Below, piece by piece: positions 8,792 to 19,672 of a DNA stretch of 64,000 nucleotides. The translations under genes and the position numbers were made by a program. Source of the stretch: an uncultured delta proteobacterium (GTDB taxonomy: Bacteria; Desulfobacterota; Desulfobaccia; Desulfobaccales; 0-14-0-80-60-11); contig CAVZAM010000036.1 of assembly GCA_963773285.1 (NCBI GenBank), positions 80,605-144,604 on the forward strand. The letters run 5' to 3'. Positions within the stretch are counted from its first letter, which is position 1. Every line of letters starts with the position of its first letter. Below the pieces are notes generated by a model. That model was not told the DNA's origin. It saw only the letters and a program-made list of their open reading frames with translations, and did no database searches.

Positions 8792-9472
8792 ATGCGCTAT
8801 AGATGTATCTGGCAGGGTTGTGACAGGACCTGGGGTGAACCGGAAAAAGGCGTCAATGGCTACAGCCATGGGCTATGTGCGGTCCACGGCAGGCTGGCCT
8901 TCGAGCAGATTTTCAGGAAGTTACAGATCAAGGAAGGCAATCCCGATTGTTATCTCAGGTCATTCGGCGATTGTCCCCGTCATTGGTGTACCTTTCATCC
9001 TCTCTGCGCCGTCAGTGAACCCGGCCCCGAAGAAATCGCTGAACTGAGGGTGAGGCTCGAGGCCAGAAGAAATTCCATCGAAAAACGGTCGAAAAACAAG
9101 ATGACCGGCCCGGTGATTAAACCGCCCCTGGCTATGGAACCCCTTATGCGCATCCGGGATCTGCAATGGCAAGGCATACCAGCCTGGCCGCCGGAATGGG
9201 GGGTTGCAGACGAAGGCGCCGGCGAAGAAGGGATCCTGAAGAACGTCCAGATCCGCTACGACCAGAGCCCTATCTACATATCCGTGGTAGCCTCGCATCA
9301 CGGGGATTCCAGAAACGGCATCATTGTCCTGGAAGACTCGGCAAGCCTCGAGATTCTCTGCAAAAAATTAACAGATAACATTGGCCGACCCATTGGCGAG
9401 ATAGGCGACCTGATCATAGATTTTTTCCCCGGCATCCCCCAAAAAGCGTTTGCAAGCAAACCGGAAGCGTGA
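8792..9472 (+). CDS. Hypothetical Cys/His-rich protein
   Basis: Starts at 'MRYRCIWQGC' with SD GGGGGAG. The N-terminal roughly 75 aa carry 7 Cys plus several His ('SHGLCAVHG', 'CYLRSFGDCPRHWCTFHPLC'). I recognise no family. Confidence 0.5.
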   Translation: MRYRCIWQGCDRTWGEPEKGVNGYSHGLCAVHGRLAFEQIFRKLQIKEGNPDCYLRSFGDCPRHWCTFHPLCAVSEPGPEEIAELRVRLEARRNSIEKRSKNKMTGPVIKPPLAMEPLMRIRDLQWQGIPAWPPEWGVADEGAGEEGILKNVQIRYDQSPIYISVVASHHGDSRNGIIVLEDSASLEILCKKLTDNIGRPIGEIGDLIIDFFPGIPQKAFASKPEA

Positions 9473-9590
9473 CCCTGCAACTTTCCTGGCTGTGACGGTG
9501 CATCAGGCATGCGGCCTCGCCAGTCCGGGTGGTGCCGGGATGGCGGCGGGGCCTCGATATTTCCGGTGGTCCACTCCGAGGCGGATATGC

Positions 9591-10599
9591 CTAGAGGGTA
9601 ATTTTCTCTACCACTGCCGTTAGCTTCGGGAAGGCCTTCGGCCGGGCGGCCAGGCGGCGGCGCAGGCCGGCCAGGGCTTGGGGGATGTACCGGGCGAACT
9701 GGGTTTTCCCCTTCACCCGGGTGAGAAAGCCAAAGGCCCCCAGGATCTGCAGGTTGCGGCACAGGGCGAGATGGTCGTACTGCTCCCGGAAGGCCTGGCG
9801 GTCAAAAGACCCGCGGCCGTCGAGGAGGTCCTGGTAATGGCCCAGCAAGTCCTCCTGCAGGGCCGGACTCAGGTCGACGTAGGGGTCGATGAGCAGGGCC
9901 GCCACATCGTAGCCCAGGGGTCCCAGCCGCGCCCCCTGAAAATCCAGGACCCGCACCTTCTCCCCCTTAATGAACAGGTTTTTGGACTGGAAGTCCCGGT
10001 GGAGGAGGCAGGGGAACGCCTGGGGGTCGACCCCGGCCAGCAACCGCTCGAAATCGGCGGTCAATTCAGCTTCGGCCACCTCAAGGCCCAGATAGCCTTC
10101 CAGGAAGGCCCAGACAAAATAACGGCACTCCCGCTCCAGAAGAAACGGCCGGGTCACCGCCGGGGTATCGAAGCACCAGGCCGGGTCGAAGCCCTTGAAT
10201 GCCTTCCAGCTGCTGGTGCACCAGGACTTCCAGGGCCCGCCGGTACCAGGCCACGGTTTCCTCGGCGCCCCGGGCCCCGGCCACGCACTCCGCCAGGCTC
10301 AGGTCCCCCACGTCCTCCATGAGCATCCAGCCCTCTTCCCGGCAGTAGGCGTAAATCTCCGGGACCGGCACCCCACGTTCCCTCAGGTGGCGGCCGATGC
10401 GGAAGTAGGAGTCGTTTTCCGTGACCGCCCCGCCCGGGGACCCGGGGTGGTGCAGGAGCACCAGGCTGGGCTGCCCCGGCACCCGGAAAAAGCGCCGGTC
10501 CGAGCCGTCCCCGGCCAGGGGCAGGGCCTCTGCCAGGCGTGCCCCCAGGGCCCGGGCCTCCACCTCCAGTTGTTTGCTCCAGGGGATGGCCGGGTTCAC
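9591..10599 (-). pseudogene. AmgK-like (COG3178) phosphotransferase-family kinase, frameshifted as assembled
   Basis: N-terminal part 'GDGSDRRFFRV'. C-terminal part 'HRDFQSKNLF' and 'VLDFQGARLGPLGYDVAALL'. The frames join if one G is removed from the GGG at complement 10192-10194 (LEGIQG|FDPAWCFDTPAVTRPF). Confidence 0.75.
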
Positions 10600-13196
10600 G
10601 ACTCATCCTCGGACGGCGGCGGTGACAGCAGCCCTGCAGGTCCCGGCCACTTGACGTGCAGCTCCTGCTGGGGGAAGGGAATCTGGATGCCCCGCTCCTG
10701 AAAGGCCTCGAAAATGGCGATGTTCAGCTCGTGGGTGGCGGGGATGCGGTCCGTGGGGTTCCTCAGGTGGACCCAGATGGTGAAGTTCAGCGAGCTGTCG
10801 CCGTAGGCCTCGAAAAAGATCTGGGGCGGCGGCTCGGCCACCACCCTGGAGATTGGCCCGGCAGACCCGGTCCAGCACCCGGGTCACCTGGTGCACGTCC
10901 GAGTCGTAGGACACCCCCACCTTCAGGGTGAGGCGGTTGATGCCGGGGCCGTAGTGGGTCCAGTTGAGGATCTTGTTGGAGATCAGGTCGGAGTTGGGAA
11001 TGATGAGCACCGAGTGGTCGGAGTTCTCGAAGATCGTGCTGCGCACCCTGATTTCCCTGACGCGGCCCCACTTACCGTCAATGACCAGGGTGTCCCCCAC
11101 CTTGATGGGTCTTTCAAACAAGATGATCAGGCCGCTGATAAAGTTGTTCACAATGTTTTGCAGGCCAAAACCGATGCCCACCCCCAGGCCGCCGGCCACG
11201 ATGGCCAGGTCCCCGAAGGAGATCCCCAGGAAGCCCAGGGCCATCACCAGGGCCACGGCCAGGATGGCATAGTGCAGGGAATTGGCGATGGTGTAGCGCA
11301 GGCTGTCGTCCCAATCGCCGCGCTGGGAGAACCTCACTTCCAGGAAGACTTGCAGGAACCGGGAGAACCACCGGCCCAGGTACAGGGCCAGGGCCGCCAG
11401 CATGAGGTTCAGGAGGGTGAGATGCAGGGGCCCTAACCGGGTGCCCCAACTCAGTCCCTGGGAGAGCCACACCAGAAAGGTCTGGTCAACCCCCCAAAGA
11501 TTGACCACGGACAGGAACACCCCGGCCACCAGGAAAAAGACCACCACTTTGACGATGGCCAGGTAATTTTTGCGCAGGAGTTCTTCCTGGCGCCGCAGGT
11601 GAGGCAGGGTCAGGCTCTGCTGCGGTGGCACGGCGTGCTCCAGGGCCGCCTTGACCACCTGCCAGATCACCCAGAACAGGACCAGGAACAGGCCGGTAGG
11701 GAAGCCGCCTGGGCGATATAGGCCGACAGGTTCTGGAAACCCAGGAGGCTGGTGATGATGATGGCCGTGAGAACGCTTAAGAGCAGCAGCCTCAGGGTCA
11801 GGAACAGGCCCTTCTTTCTGACCCATGCCGGCCCGGGGAGGGCGGCCCTGAGACTGTCGAAGTGCCGGCTGCGAAGCAGGGCCAGGACCCAGATCAACAG
11901 CACTACCTCGAAGGCCTGCTCCAGAATCTGGTAGCTGTCGTCCTCAAGGCCGAGACGCTGGAGGAGGTTCAGCCCGAAGACCCCCACGACCAGGATGTAG
12001 CTCAGCAGCAGCTTGAAGCGGCGGCGGTAGAAGCGGGCGGTGTTGTCGTCCAGGGGGAGGATGCCTCCCGCCTCCCGGCCGGCGAACAGCGCCTGGATGA
12101 GCTTCAAGCCCAGGCGCAGCCCCGCCCAGACCAGGATTCCCAGGAGGAGGATCCTGGCCACCTGCAGCTGCCACCACCCCAGGACCCACTCGGTGAGGGC
12201 CAGCCAGGCCGCGAAACCGAGAGTAAACAGGCTCTTGACGACAATCTCGGCGGCCGTAAGGATCACCCTGGCGCCCAGATCAGGCTCTCCGGCCTGCCAG
12301 TGGGCCAGTCTGGGGAGGGCGAGCCGCCGCACCTGGAGGACCGACCAGGCCAGGATTACGAACAGCACCAGCAGGCCCAGCAACGGCGCCCACCTGGCCC
12401 GCAGGCTGGCCGCGACGTTATGCGACAGGAGGGGGTCGGCCAGGGTCTTGGCCAGCCTTCCCGGCATCTCCATGAGAGACTTGAAGGTCAGCTTCACCGT
12501 GCCCCACAGCGTGCCGGCGCTCTGGCGCTTCAGCAACTCCTCCTTGCGGCTCACCTCCACGAAGCTTTTCAGCTCCCCCGCCACGCCGCTTAGAGCCTGG
12601 TCTTCCTCGCCCAGGACCTTGAGCACCGCGTCGTAACGGTCCAGGGTCTGGGTGGCGGCGGCCCGGTACTGTTTCGCCAGCTGCTGGTAGCGCTCCCAGG
12701 CCTTCTGGATCTCAGGGGATTTCCACAGGGAATTTTTGACGGCCTTGAGGCGTTCCGCTTCCTGCTTGAGGCCCTCGAACGCGGCGACCCGGGCGCTTGC
12801 CTGTTTGGACAACTGCTCCCGCTTGTCCTGGAGGTCTTTGATCTGTGCCGCGACCTGGCCTTCCCGCTGGGAAAAACCGTCCAGGGCCTCCTGGGCCTGC
12901 TTGACCTGCAGTTCCCCCGCGGCCTGGGAGGCCTTCAGGGTGGCGATCTGGTTCCCCAGGTCCTGCAGGTCTTTTTCCGCCTGCTTCACCAGCTGCTGCA
13001 GCGCCTCGGTGTCGGCCTTGCCGGTGGGGATGTCCTTTTCCAGACTGTCAGCCCCGTCTTTCAAGACCTTGGGGAGGGACTTGACGTCAAATTCTTTTTT
13101 TTCCTGGCCCGGGGCCGGGGCGGCAACCAGCAGGCACCAGGCCATCAATACAACCAGAACCGTTAAGCCTGACCAGCGTCGGTGGTGTCTGTTCAT
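10596..13196 (-). pseudogene. MscK/KefA-like mechanosensitive channel (signal peptide, coiled coil, multi-TM, MscS domain), two frameshifts as assembled
   Basis: Three collinear ORF pieces. MscS core 'GLGVGIGFGLQNIVNNFISGLIILFERPIKVGD' and C-terminal 'PPPQIFFEAYGDSSLNFTIW'. The shifts are near 11700-11712 and 10838-10848. Confidence 0.8.
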
Positions 13197-13522
13197 CTGG
13201 GTACTGTATCCTTTTGCCGGCTCCCCGACTCGCGGGGTCCCCGGGCAAACCAAACTTTAATAAAACCTTACCCATCCCCGGCCAACCTGTCAAATAAGGT
13301 TTCCTGCCGCGGGGTTTATCGGCGCGCCATTGCCTCCCAAAACTTTTTTTGGTAGGTTTGCAACATACTAGCCTGTCTTTTTCAGCAATCCGAGCACAGC
13401 ATCTTCTTTTAGTTATACCGAGCCCCAGTCGAACCCCGCGGCCCCGGTGTCTTTGACCGCCAGGGCGGTGAGCGACAATCCCCGCAGGCATGGAGACGTG
13501 TCCGCCAACCAGGGGTAGAGCC

Positions 13523-14815
13523 ATGGAACGTGCACAACTACATGTAATGCGGGAATTCTTCTTCAGCCAGATCCAGGGGGAGCCCATTAAGGACGTTGAC
13601 GGCAAGCGCGTCGGCAAGCTCATCGATCTGGCCATACGGTGGGAAGGAGAAGGCCCGCCCCGGGTAACCGGTATCAAGTTTGCCCGGGGCGTCCACAGCC
13701 ATATCCCCATCGACCAGGTGGCGGAGATGAACCAGGACCGCATCCGCCTGGCGGGGAGACTCAAGGAAGAGGAACTCATTGCCCTCCACCCCGACGATAT
13801 TTACGTGGGCAAGTGGCTCATGGACAAGCAGATCATCGACCTCAGGGGCTCCAAGGTCGTCCGGGTGAACGACATCAAGCTGTTCTGGATTCAGCGGGGC
13901 GACCGCCGCTACCTCATACCCATGGCGGTGGATATCGGCATGCGGGGCCTGGCCCGGCGCCTGGGGGTGGAGCCTTTCTTCAAGCGGCTGGAAAACCACT
14001 TCGTCTGGTGGCAATACATCTCCCATCTCGAAGAAAAAACCGCGGCCCTGCAGCTTAGCACTGAACGGGCCAAGCTCGATGAACTCCACCCCGCCGACCT
14101 GGCCGATCTCATCGAGGACCTGGATTACAAGAAGCGGACCGACGTTATCGATGATCTGGATGTGGAGGTGGCGGCCGAGGCCTTTGCCGAAATGGAGCGG
14201 GACACCCAGATTGAAATCCTGGAGCACATGAATAACGACCAGGCCTCGGACCTGCTGGAGGAGATGGCCCCCGATGAAGCCGCCGACATTTTGGGGGAAC
14301 TGCCCGAGGAGAAGGCCGACGAACTCCTGAACCTCATGGAGCCGGAAGAGGCCCACGATGTCCGCCAGCTGATGGATTACGAAGAGGGCACCGCCGGGTC
14401 GCTCATGACCACCGAGTACATCGCCCTCTCCCCGGAAATCACCGTCACCGAGGCCTTTGCGCAACTGCGCCGGCTGGCCGCCGAGGCTGAAACCATCTAT
14501 TACCTGTTCCTGGTGGAAAAGGACGGCATCCTTTCGGGGGTGGTGTCCCTCCGGGAACTGCTCATGGCCGAACCGGACGCCATCCTCCGGGATATGATGC
14601 AGTCCCGGGTCATTTCGGTGCACCCCCAGGAGTCGGACCGGGAGGTGGCCGAAGAGGTGAACAAGTACAACCTCCTGGCCATCCCCGTGGTGGACGAGGC
14701 CAATCGCATGCTGGGCATCATCACCGTGGACGACATCCTGGAAGTGCTCATTCCGGACCGGAGCAGCCTCGAGACCTTCGCCAGCCTCTTTGTCAGCAAG
14801 CGCACCATGAAGTGA
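13523..14815 (+). CDS. Soluble MgtE-like sensor protein (PRC-barrel-like repeats + MgtE-N + tandem CBS, no TM domain)
   Basis: The acidic helical segment 'LHPADLADLIEDLD...EAFAEMERDTQIEILEHM...ASDLLEEMAPDEAADILGELPEE' is MgtE_N-like. It is followed by two CBS-like units. The ORF ends without the MgtE membrane domain. Confidence 0.75.
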   Translation: MERAQLHVMREFFFSQIQGEPIKDVDGKRVGKLIDLAIRWEGEGPPRVTGIKFARGVHSHIPIDQVAEMNQDRIRLAGRLKEEELIALHPDDIYVGKWLMDKQIIDLRGSKVVRVNDIKLFWIQRGDRRYLIPMAVDIGMRGLARRLGVEPFFKRLENHFVWWQYISHLEEKTAALQLSTERAKLDELHPADLADLIEDLDYKKRTDVIDDLDVEVAAEAFAEMERDTQIEILEHMNNDQASDLLEEMAPDEAADILGELPEEKADELLNLMEPEEAHDVRQLMDYEEGTAGSLMTTEYIALSPEITVTEAFAQLRRLAAEAETIYYLFLVEKDGILSGVVSLRELLMAEPDAILRDMMQSRVISVHPQESDREVAEEVNKYNLLAIPVVDEANRMLGIITVDDILEVLIPDRSSLETFASLFVSKRTMK

Positions 14816-14822
14816 GGAAGCC

Positions 14823-16055
14823 TTGAAAAGTCCATTTTTCCGTCGGTTATTTATCTTCCTGGCGATCATGGGGCCGGGCATCATCACCTCCAACGTGGAC
14901 AACGATGCCGGCGGCATTACCACCTATTCCGTGGCCGGGGCCGCCCTGGGGTACAAAATCCTGTGGGTCTTCATCCCCATGATCCTGGCCCTGGTGGTCA
15001 TCCAGGAGATGTGCACCCGCATGGGCGCGGTCACCGGCAAGGGCCTGGCCGACCTGACCCGGGAGCGCTTCGGCGTCAAGATCACCTTTTACGCCATGCT
15101 GGGGCTGCTCCTGGGCAACATGGGCAACATCATGAGCGAATTTGCCGGGGTCGCCGCCAGCATGGAGATGTTCGGGGTGAGCAAATACATCTCCCTGCCC
15201 CTGGCGGCCCTGTTCACCTGGTGGCTGGTGCTGCGCTGGTCCTACAAGGTGGTGGAGCGGGTGTTCCTGGCCGCCTGCCTGATCTATTTCGCCTACATTT
15301 TTTCCGGCTACATGGCCCACCCGGAGTGGGGCACCGTGGCCAAGGATCTGTTCCTGCCGAGCTTCTCCTTTGACAATTCCTATCTCGTCATTCTCGTCGG
15401 CGTCATCGGCACCACCATCGCCCCCTGGATGCAGTTTTACATCCAGTCCGCGGTGGTGGAAAAGGGCATCACCGTCAAGGACTACACCTATACCAAGTAT
15501 GACGTCATCGTCGGGAGCATCATGGTCAACCTGGTGGCGGTGTTCATCGTCATCAGCTGCGCCGCCACCCTCCACGTCCACGGCATCAAGGTGGACTCCG
15601 CCAAGGAAGCCGCCCTGGCCCTGGGGCCCCTGGCCGGCCACTGGGCCTCGGTGCTCTTTGCCATTGGCCTCTTGAACGCCTCGCTGTTTTCCGCCTCCAT
15701 CCTGCCCCTGTCCACGGCCTACTTCCTGTGCGAGGCCTTCGGCATCGAGGCCGGCATCGACAAGTCCTGGCGGGAGGCCCCGGCCTTCTACTGGCTCTAC
15801 ACCATCCTGATCGTCGTGGGCGCCGGGCTGATGCTCATCCCCAACATCAACCTCATCGAGGTGATGTTCTGGTCCCAGGTCATCAACGGCGTCATGCTGC
15901 CCTTCGTGCTCATCTTCATGCTCATCCTCATCAATAACAAAGACCTCATGGGTGATTACGTCAACAACGGTTTTTATAACGTCATCACCTGGATTATCGT
16001 GGGTATCATGATTATCCTTACGTTATTGATGGTGGTCACGTCCTTCTGGCAGTAA
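14823..16055 (+). CDS. NRAMP-family transporter with an NRMT-type (Mg2+-type) binding-site signature
   Basis: Polytopic 410-aa ORF starting 8 nt after the previous stop. TM1 reads 'NVDNDAGG' in place of the canonical DPGN. TM6 reads 'GTTIAPW' in place of A-x-x-M-P-H. Confidence 0.75.
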   Translation: MKSPFFRRLFIFLAIMGPGIITSNVDNDAGGITTYSVAGAALGYKILWVFIPMILALVVIQEMCTRMGAVTGKGLADLTRERFGVKITFYAMLGLLLGNMGNIMSEFAGVAASMEMFGVSKYISLPLAALFTWWLVLRWSYKVVERVFLAACLIYFAYIFSGYMAHPEWGTVAKDLFLPSFSFDNSYLVILVGVIGTTIAPWMQFYIQSAVVEKGITVKDYTYTKYDVIVGSIMVNLVAVFIVISCAATLHVHGIKVDSAKEAALALGPLAGHWASVLFAIGLLNASLFSASILPLSTAYFLCEAFGIEAGIDKSWREAPAFYWLYTILIVVGAGLMLIPNINLIEVMFWSQVINGVMLPFVLIFMLILINNKDLMGDYVNNGFYNVITWIIVGIMIILTLLMVVTSFWQ

Positions 16056-16201
16056 GGTTCCCGGCCCAATCCCGCCCGGGGCCTCCTGGCTGGAAGGGTC
16101 CCACCGCCCATCCCATCTTTCCTGGCGCGTCATTTACGGGTCCAGCTTCACCCGTTTTGGCACTACCAAACCGCGCCTGGCTTTATCCCGAGGAGCAGTC
16201 C

Positions 16202-17110
16202 ATGAAGGTCTTTCTCACCGGCGGCACCGGTTTTGTGGGCACTTATCTCTCCCGGCAACTGGCCGCGGCGGGTCACGCAGTCACCATCCTCACCCGCCGG
16301 GAAAACCCTCCGGCAGCCGCGCCGGGCAACATCCGCTTCATCACCGGCGACCCCAAACAGGCCGGCCCCTGGATGGCGGAGGTGGCGCAGCACGACTGGG
16401 TCATCAATCTGGCCGGGTCCTCCATTTTCAGCAAGTGGACCGGGGATGCCAAAAAGATGCTGTATGACAGCCGGGTGCTCACCACCCGGAACCTGGTCGC
16501 GGCCCTGGCCGAAGGCGACCGGCGCCAGCTGTTCTGCAGCACCTCGGCCCTGGGCTACTACGGCCCCCGGGGCGACGAAGAACTCACCGAGGCCTCGCCC
16601 CCCGGCCAGGATTTTCTGGCCGGCCTGGCCCGGGACTGGGAGATGGAGGCCATGAAGGCCCAGGAGTTGGGCATCCGCACGGTGATCACCCGCTTCGGCA
16701 TTGTCCTCGGGAAAGGCGGGGGTATGCTGCAGGAGTTGGTGCCCCTGTTTAAAAAATTCGTCGGGGGGCCGGTGGGAAGCGGCGAGCAGTGGCTTTCCTG
16801 GATTCACCAGGAGGACCTGGTGCGGGCTTACCTGTTTCTCCCGGAGCACCCGGACCTCACCGGGCCGGTGAATTTCACCAGCCCAGGCCCGGTGCGCAAC
16901 CGCGACTTTGCCCAGGCCCTGGGCAAGGCCTTAGGAAGGCCGTCCTTCATGCCCGCCCCCGCCTTCATGATACGCCTGGTGTTGGGGGAGTTGGCGGAAG
17001 TGGTCCTCACCGGCCAGAAAATCCTGCCCCAAAGGCTCCTGGACGCGGGCTTCCAGTTCCTTTACCCCACCATCGACCAGGCCCTGAAGAACCTGCTGGC
17101 GGAGGATTGA
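16202..17110 (+). CDS. TIGR01777/YfcH-type NAD-dependent epimerase-family protein
   Basis: 'MKVFLTGGTGFVG' Rossmann motif. The C-terminal 'RLLDAGFQFLYPTIDQAL' is DUF1731-like. Confidence 0.8.
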   Translation: MKVFLTGGTGFVGTYLSRQLAAAGHAVTILTRRENPPAAAPGNIRFITGDPKQAGPWMAEVAQHDWVINLAGSSIFSKWTGDAKKMLYDSRVLTTRNLVAALAEGDRRQLFCSTSALGYYGPRGDEELTEASPPGQDFLAGLARDWEMEAMKAQELGIRTVITRFGIVLGKGGGMLQELVPLFKKFVGGPVGSGEQWLSWIHQEDLVRAYLFLPEHPDLTGPVNFTSPGPVRNRDFAQALGKALGRPSFMPAPAFMIRLVLGELAEVVLTGQKILPQRLLDAGFQFLYPTIDQALKNLLAED

Positions 17111-17287
17111 CGCCGCATCCCGCCCCAAAAATAGCTCGTTCCTGCCAAGTTCACGTCCTTTGGCCCGGTTCCCGGCCGGTGCATCGGCCTGCCTGCCGTC
17201 TTTAAAATTTCCCGTAGATTTCTGGTATATTATCAGGTAAAATTCTGTATAAAATCCTCCGGCATAATTCTTTGCAACGGGAAAGCC

Positions 17288-19600
17288 ATGCCACGCTCCA
17301 GCCTGCGCCACCGCGCCCTCCTGCCAGTGATGCTCGCCGTCCTGCCGCTGTTGGGGTTAATTCTTTATTCCTACTTTAATCAGCGTCAACAGGCCATCCG
17401 TGAGGTGCAGCGGGACGAACTGGTGGCGGTGCGGAACCTGGCCGCCGCCAAGGAGACCCTGATCAACAGTACCGGCAACCTGCTGGTCACCCTGGCCCGC
17501 ACCCCAGAGGTGCAGCGCCTCGACCCAAAGGCCTGCAGTGCCCTGTTTGCCAAATTGCTGAAGCAGACGCCCTGCTGCACCACCATCGTCGCCGTCGACT
17601 CTGAGGGGCGCATGGTGGCCAGCGCCCCTGCCGTCCCGGACCCTTTGACGTATGCGGATCGGCCCTGGTTTCAAAAAGTCAAGCAGACCCGGGGCCTGGT
17701 GCTGGGTGAGACGGTTTTAGGCCGCGCCAGCGGCAAGTACGGCAACAATTTGGCGTACCCCATTCTGGACAGTGAAGGCCGGTTCCTGGGGGCGTTGACC
17801 ACCCAGTTCGGCCTGGACTGGCTGCCGGGCCTGCTGGCCAAAAATGATTTCCCGCCAACCACCGCCATAGTTATGACCGACACCTCCCGCAAGGTTCTCT
17901 GGCGTTACCCCGAACCCGAGAAGTACCTGGGTAAAATGGTGCCGGCGGCCTTTTTTAAGCCCATGGACGTCAGCGATGAGGGGGTCGCGGCAGGGGAAGG
18001 CCTGCCCGGCGACCCGCGCCTTTTCGCCTTCGCCCGGTTGGCGCCCCCCTGGCATAATTTATACATGACCATTGGCCTCCCAATGGATTGGGCCGTGGCC
18101 CCGGTTAACCGCATCCTGTGGCGCAACCTGATGTTCCTGGGGCTGGTGGCGCTGTTTTCCATGGCCGCGGCCCTGTCCGGCATCGAAGTGCTGGTGATCC
18201 GCCCGGTAAGAAGACTGCAAGGCGTCACCGAGCGCCTGGCCGCCGGGGACATGACGGTGCGGTCCGGTCTGCAGGTGCAAAAGGGTGAACTGGGATTCCT
18301 GGCCCACTCGTTCGATCAGATGGCCGCGGCCCTCCAGGAGCGCGACGCCGCCCTGCGGGAGGGCGAGCGCCGCTTCCGCCAGCTCATCGACTCCATCCCC
18401 CAGCTCGTTTGGACCTGTCAATCCGACGGCCGCTGCGATTTCCTCGGGAAACAGTGGGTGGCCTACACCGGCGTCCCCGAGGCCGAGCAACTGGGGCTGG
18501 GCTGGCTGGACCAGGTTCACCCCGATGACCGCGGCGCTTTTACCCAGGCCTGGGAAGCCGCCGTCGCCGCTGGGGCTTTTTTCCACATGGAGTTTCGCAT
18601 CAAGCGGGCTGACGGGGTTTACCGCTGGTTCGTCACCCGGGCCGTGCCCTGGGCGGACACCCAGGGCCGTATCGCCAAATGGTTCGGCACCAACACCGAC
18701 ATAACCGAACGCAAGCAGGCCGAGGAGGAGAGACAGCAGCTTATCGAGCAGTTGCAAACCACGGAAGAAGAACTTCGGGTGGCCAACGAGGAACTCACGG
18801 TCCAGACCGAGGAGCTGGCAGTCCAGGGGGAAGAGCTGCGCCAGGCCAATGAAGTGCTGGAGCAGCGGGTTTCTGAGCGCACTGCCGAGGTGACGGCCGC
18901 CAACGAAAGGATGAAGTATCTAACCTCGCAGATACTCACGGCCCAGGAGCAGGAGCGCAAACGCATCTCCATGGATCTCCATGACGATCTGGGGCAGTCG
19001 CTGTTGGTCCTGAGAATGCAGCTCAACGCCATGCTCAGGAAATCTCCCGCCGAGCTGCCCATCCGCCCGGGCTTGGAGGAGTCGGCCAAATATCTGGTGG
19101 AGATCATCGACAAGGTCAGGAGCCTCTCCCACGCCCTGAGTCCCTCGACACTGGGAAACCTGAGCCTGACGGAAGCGGTCAAGAGTCTCCTCGAGGAATT
19201 CCAAAAATATCACGACATCGGCACGGCGGCCGACCTGGACGAGGTGGGCCCGCTCCTGTCCAAAGAAGCCCGGGTGGGAATTTACCGGATCCTGCAGGAA
19301 TTTCTCGCCAACGTGCATAAGCACGCCCAGGCCACCAGGGTGAAAGTGGCCATCAAGGCCCTGGGGGACCAGGTGATGGTCGCCATGGAGGACAACGGCA
19401 TCGGGTTTGATCTGGGGGAGGTCCGGGGCGCCGTTCATAAACCCGGAGGCCTGGGGCTCCTGTCCATGGAAGGGCGGGTGCAGATGCTGGGCGGTCAGCT
19501 GTCCCTGGAAAGTCAGCTAAACCGGGGCACGCGCCTGCACTTTGAGCTGCCCCGCGGGCAGGAAACGGAGGACCTCGATCTTCCTGAGGTTCCGGTTTAG
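17288..19600 (+). CDS. Sensor histidine kinase (periplasmic Cache-like, HAMP, PAS, coiled coil, HisKA_3, HATPase)
   Basis: Two TM segments flank a roughly 250-aa extracytoplasmic region. PAS 'FRQLIDSIPQLVW...DITERK'. H-box 'ISMDLHDDLGQSL'. ATPase 'EDNGIGF...GGLGLLSMEGR'. Confidence 0.85.
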   Translation: MPRSSLRHRALLPVMLAVLPLLGLILYSYFNQRQQAIREVQRDELVAVRNLAAAKETLINSTGNLLVTLARTPEVQRLDPKACSALFAKLLKQTPCCTTIVAVDSEGRMVASAPAVPDPLTYADRPWFQKVKQTRGLVLGETVLGRASGKYGNNLAYPILDSEGRFLGALTTQFGLDWLPGLLAKNDFPPTTAIVMTDTSRKVLWRYPEPEKYLGKMVPAAFFKPMDVSDEGVAAGEGLPGDPRLFAFARLAPPWHNLYMTIGLPMDWAVAPVNRILWRNLMFLGLVALFSMAAALSGIEVLVIRPVRRLQGVTERLAAGDMTVRSGLQVQKGELGFLAHSFDQMAAALQERDAALREGERRFRQLIDSIPQLVWTCQSDGRCDFLGKQWVAYTGVPEAEQLGLGWLDQVHPDDRGAFTQAWEAAVAAGAFFHMEFRIKRADGVYRWFVTRAVPWADTQGRIAKWFGTNTDITERKQAEEERQQLIEQLQTTEEELRVANEELTVQTEELAVQGEELRQANEVLEQRVSERTAEVTAANERMKYLTSQILTAQEQERKRISMDLHDDLGQSLLVLRMQLNAMLRKSPAELPIRPGLEESAKYLVEIIDKVRSLSHALSPSTLGNLSLTEAVKSLLEEFQKYHDIGTAADLDEVGPLLSKEARVGIYRILQEFLANVHKHAQATRVKVAIKALGDQVMVAMEDNGIGFDLGEVRGAVHKPGGLGLLSMEGRVQMLGGQLSLESQLNRGTRLHFELPRGQETEDLDLPEVPV

Positions 19601-19672
19601 GATTTTCCCGGCACCCGGCAAGCAAGCCTGCTCACCTTCAACACCCCTCTTTTGATTTATTTCCCTCACGCC

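Noticed and set aside
13254-13522. Leader of the MgtE-like/NRMT operon, examined for an M-box Mg2+ riboswitch.
   Set aside because: None of the conserved M-box segments (for example GGTGAGG...CCCAAA...CTAAAGC) could be recognised by eye. A covariance-model scan is still needed.
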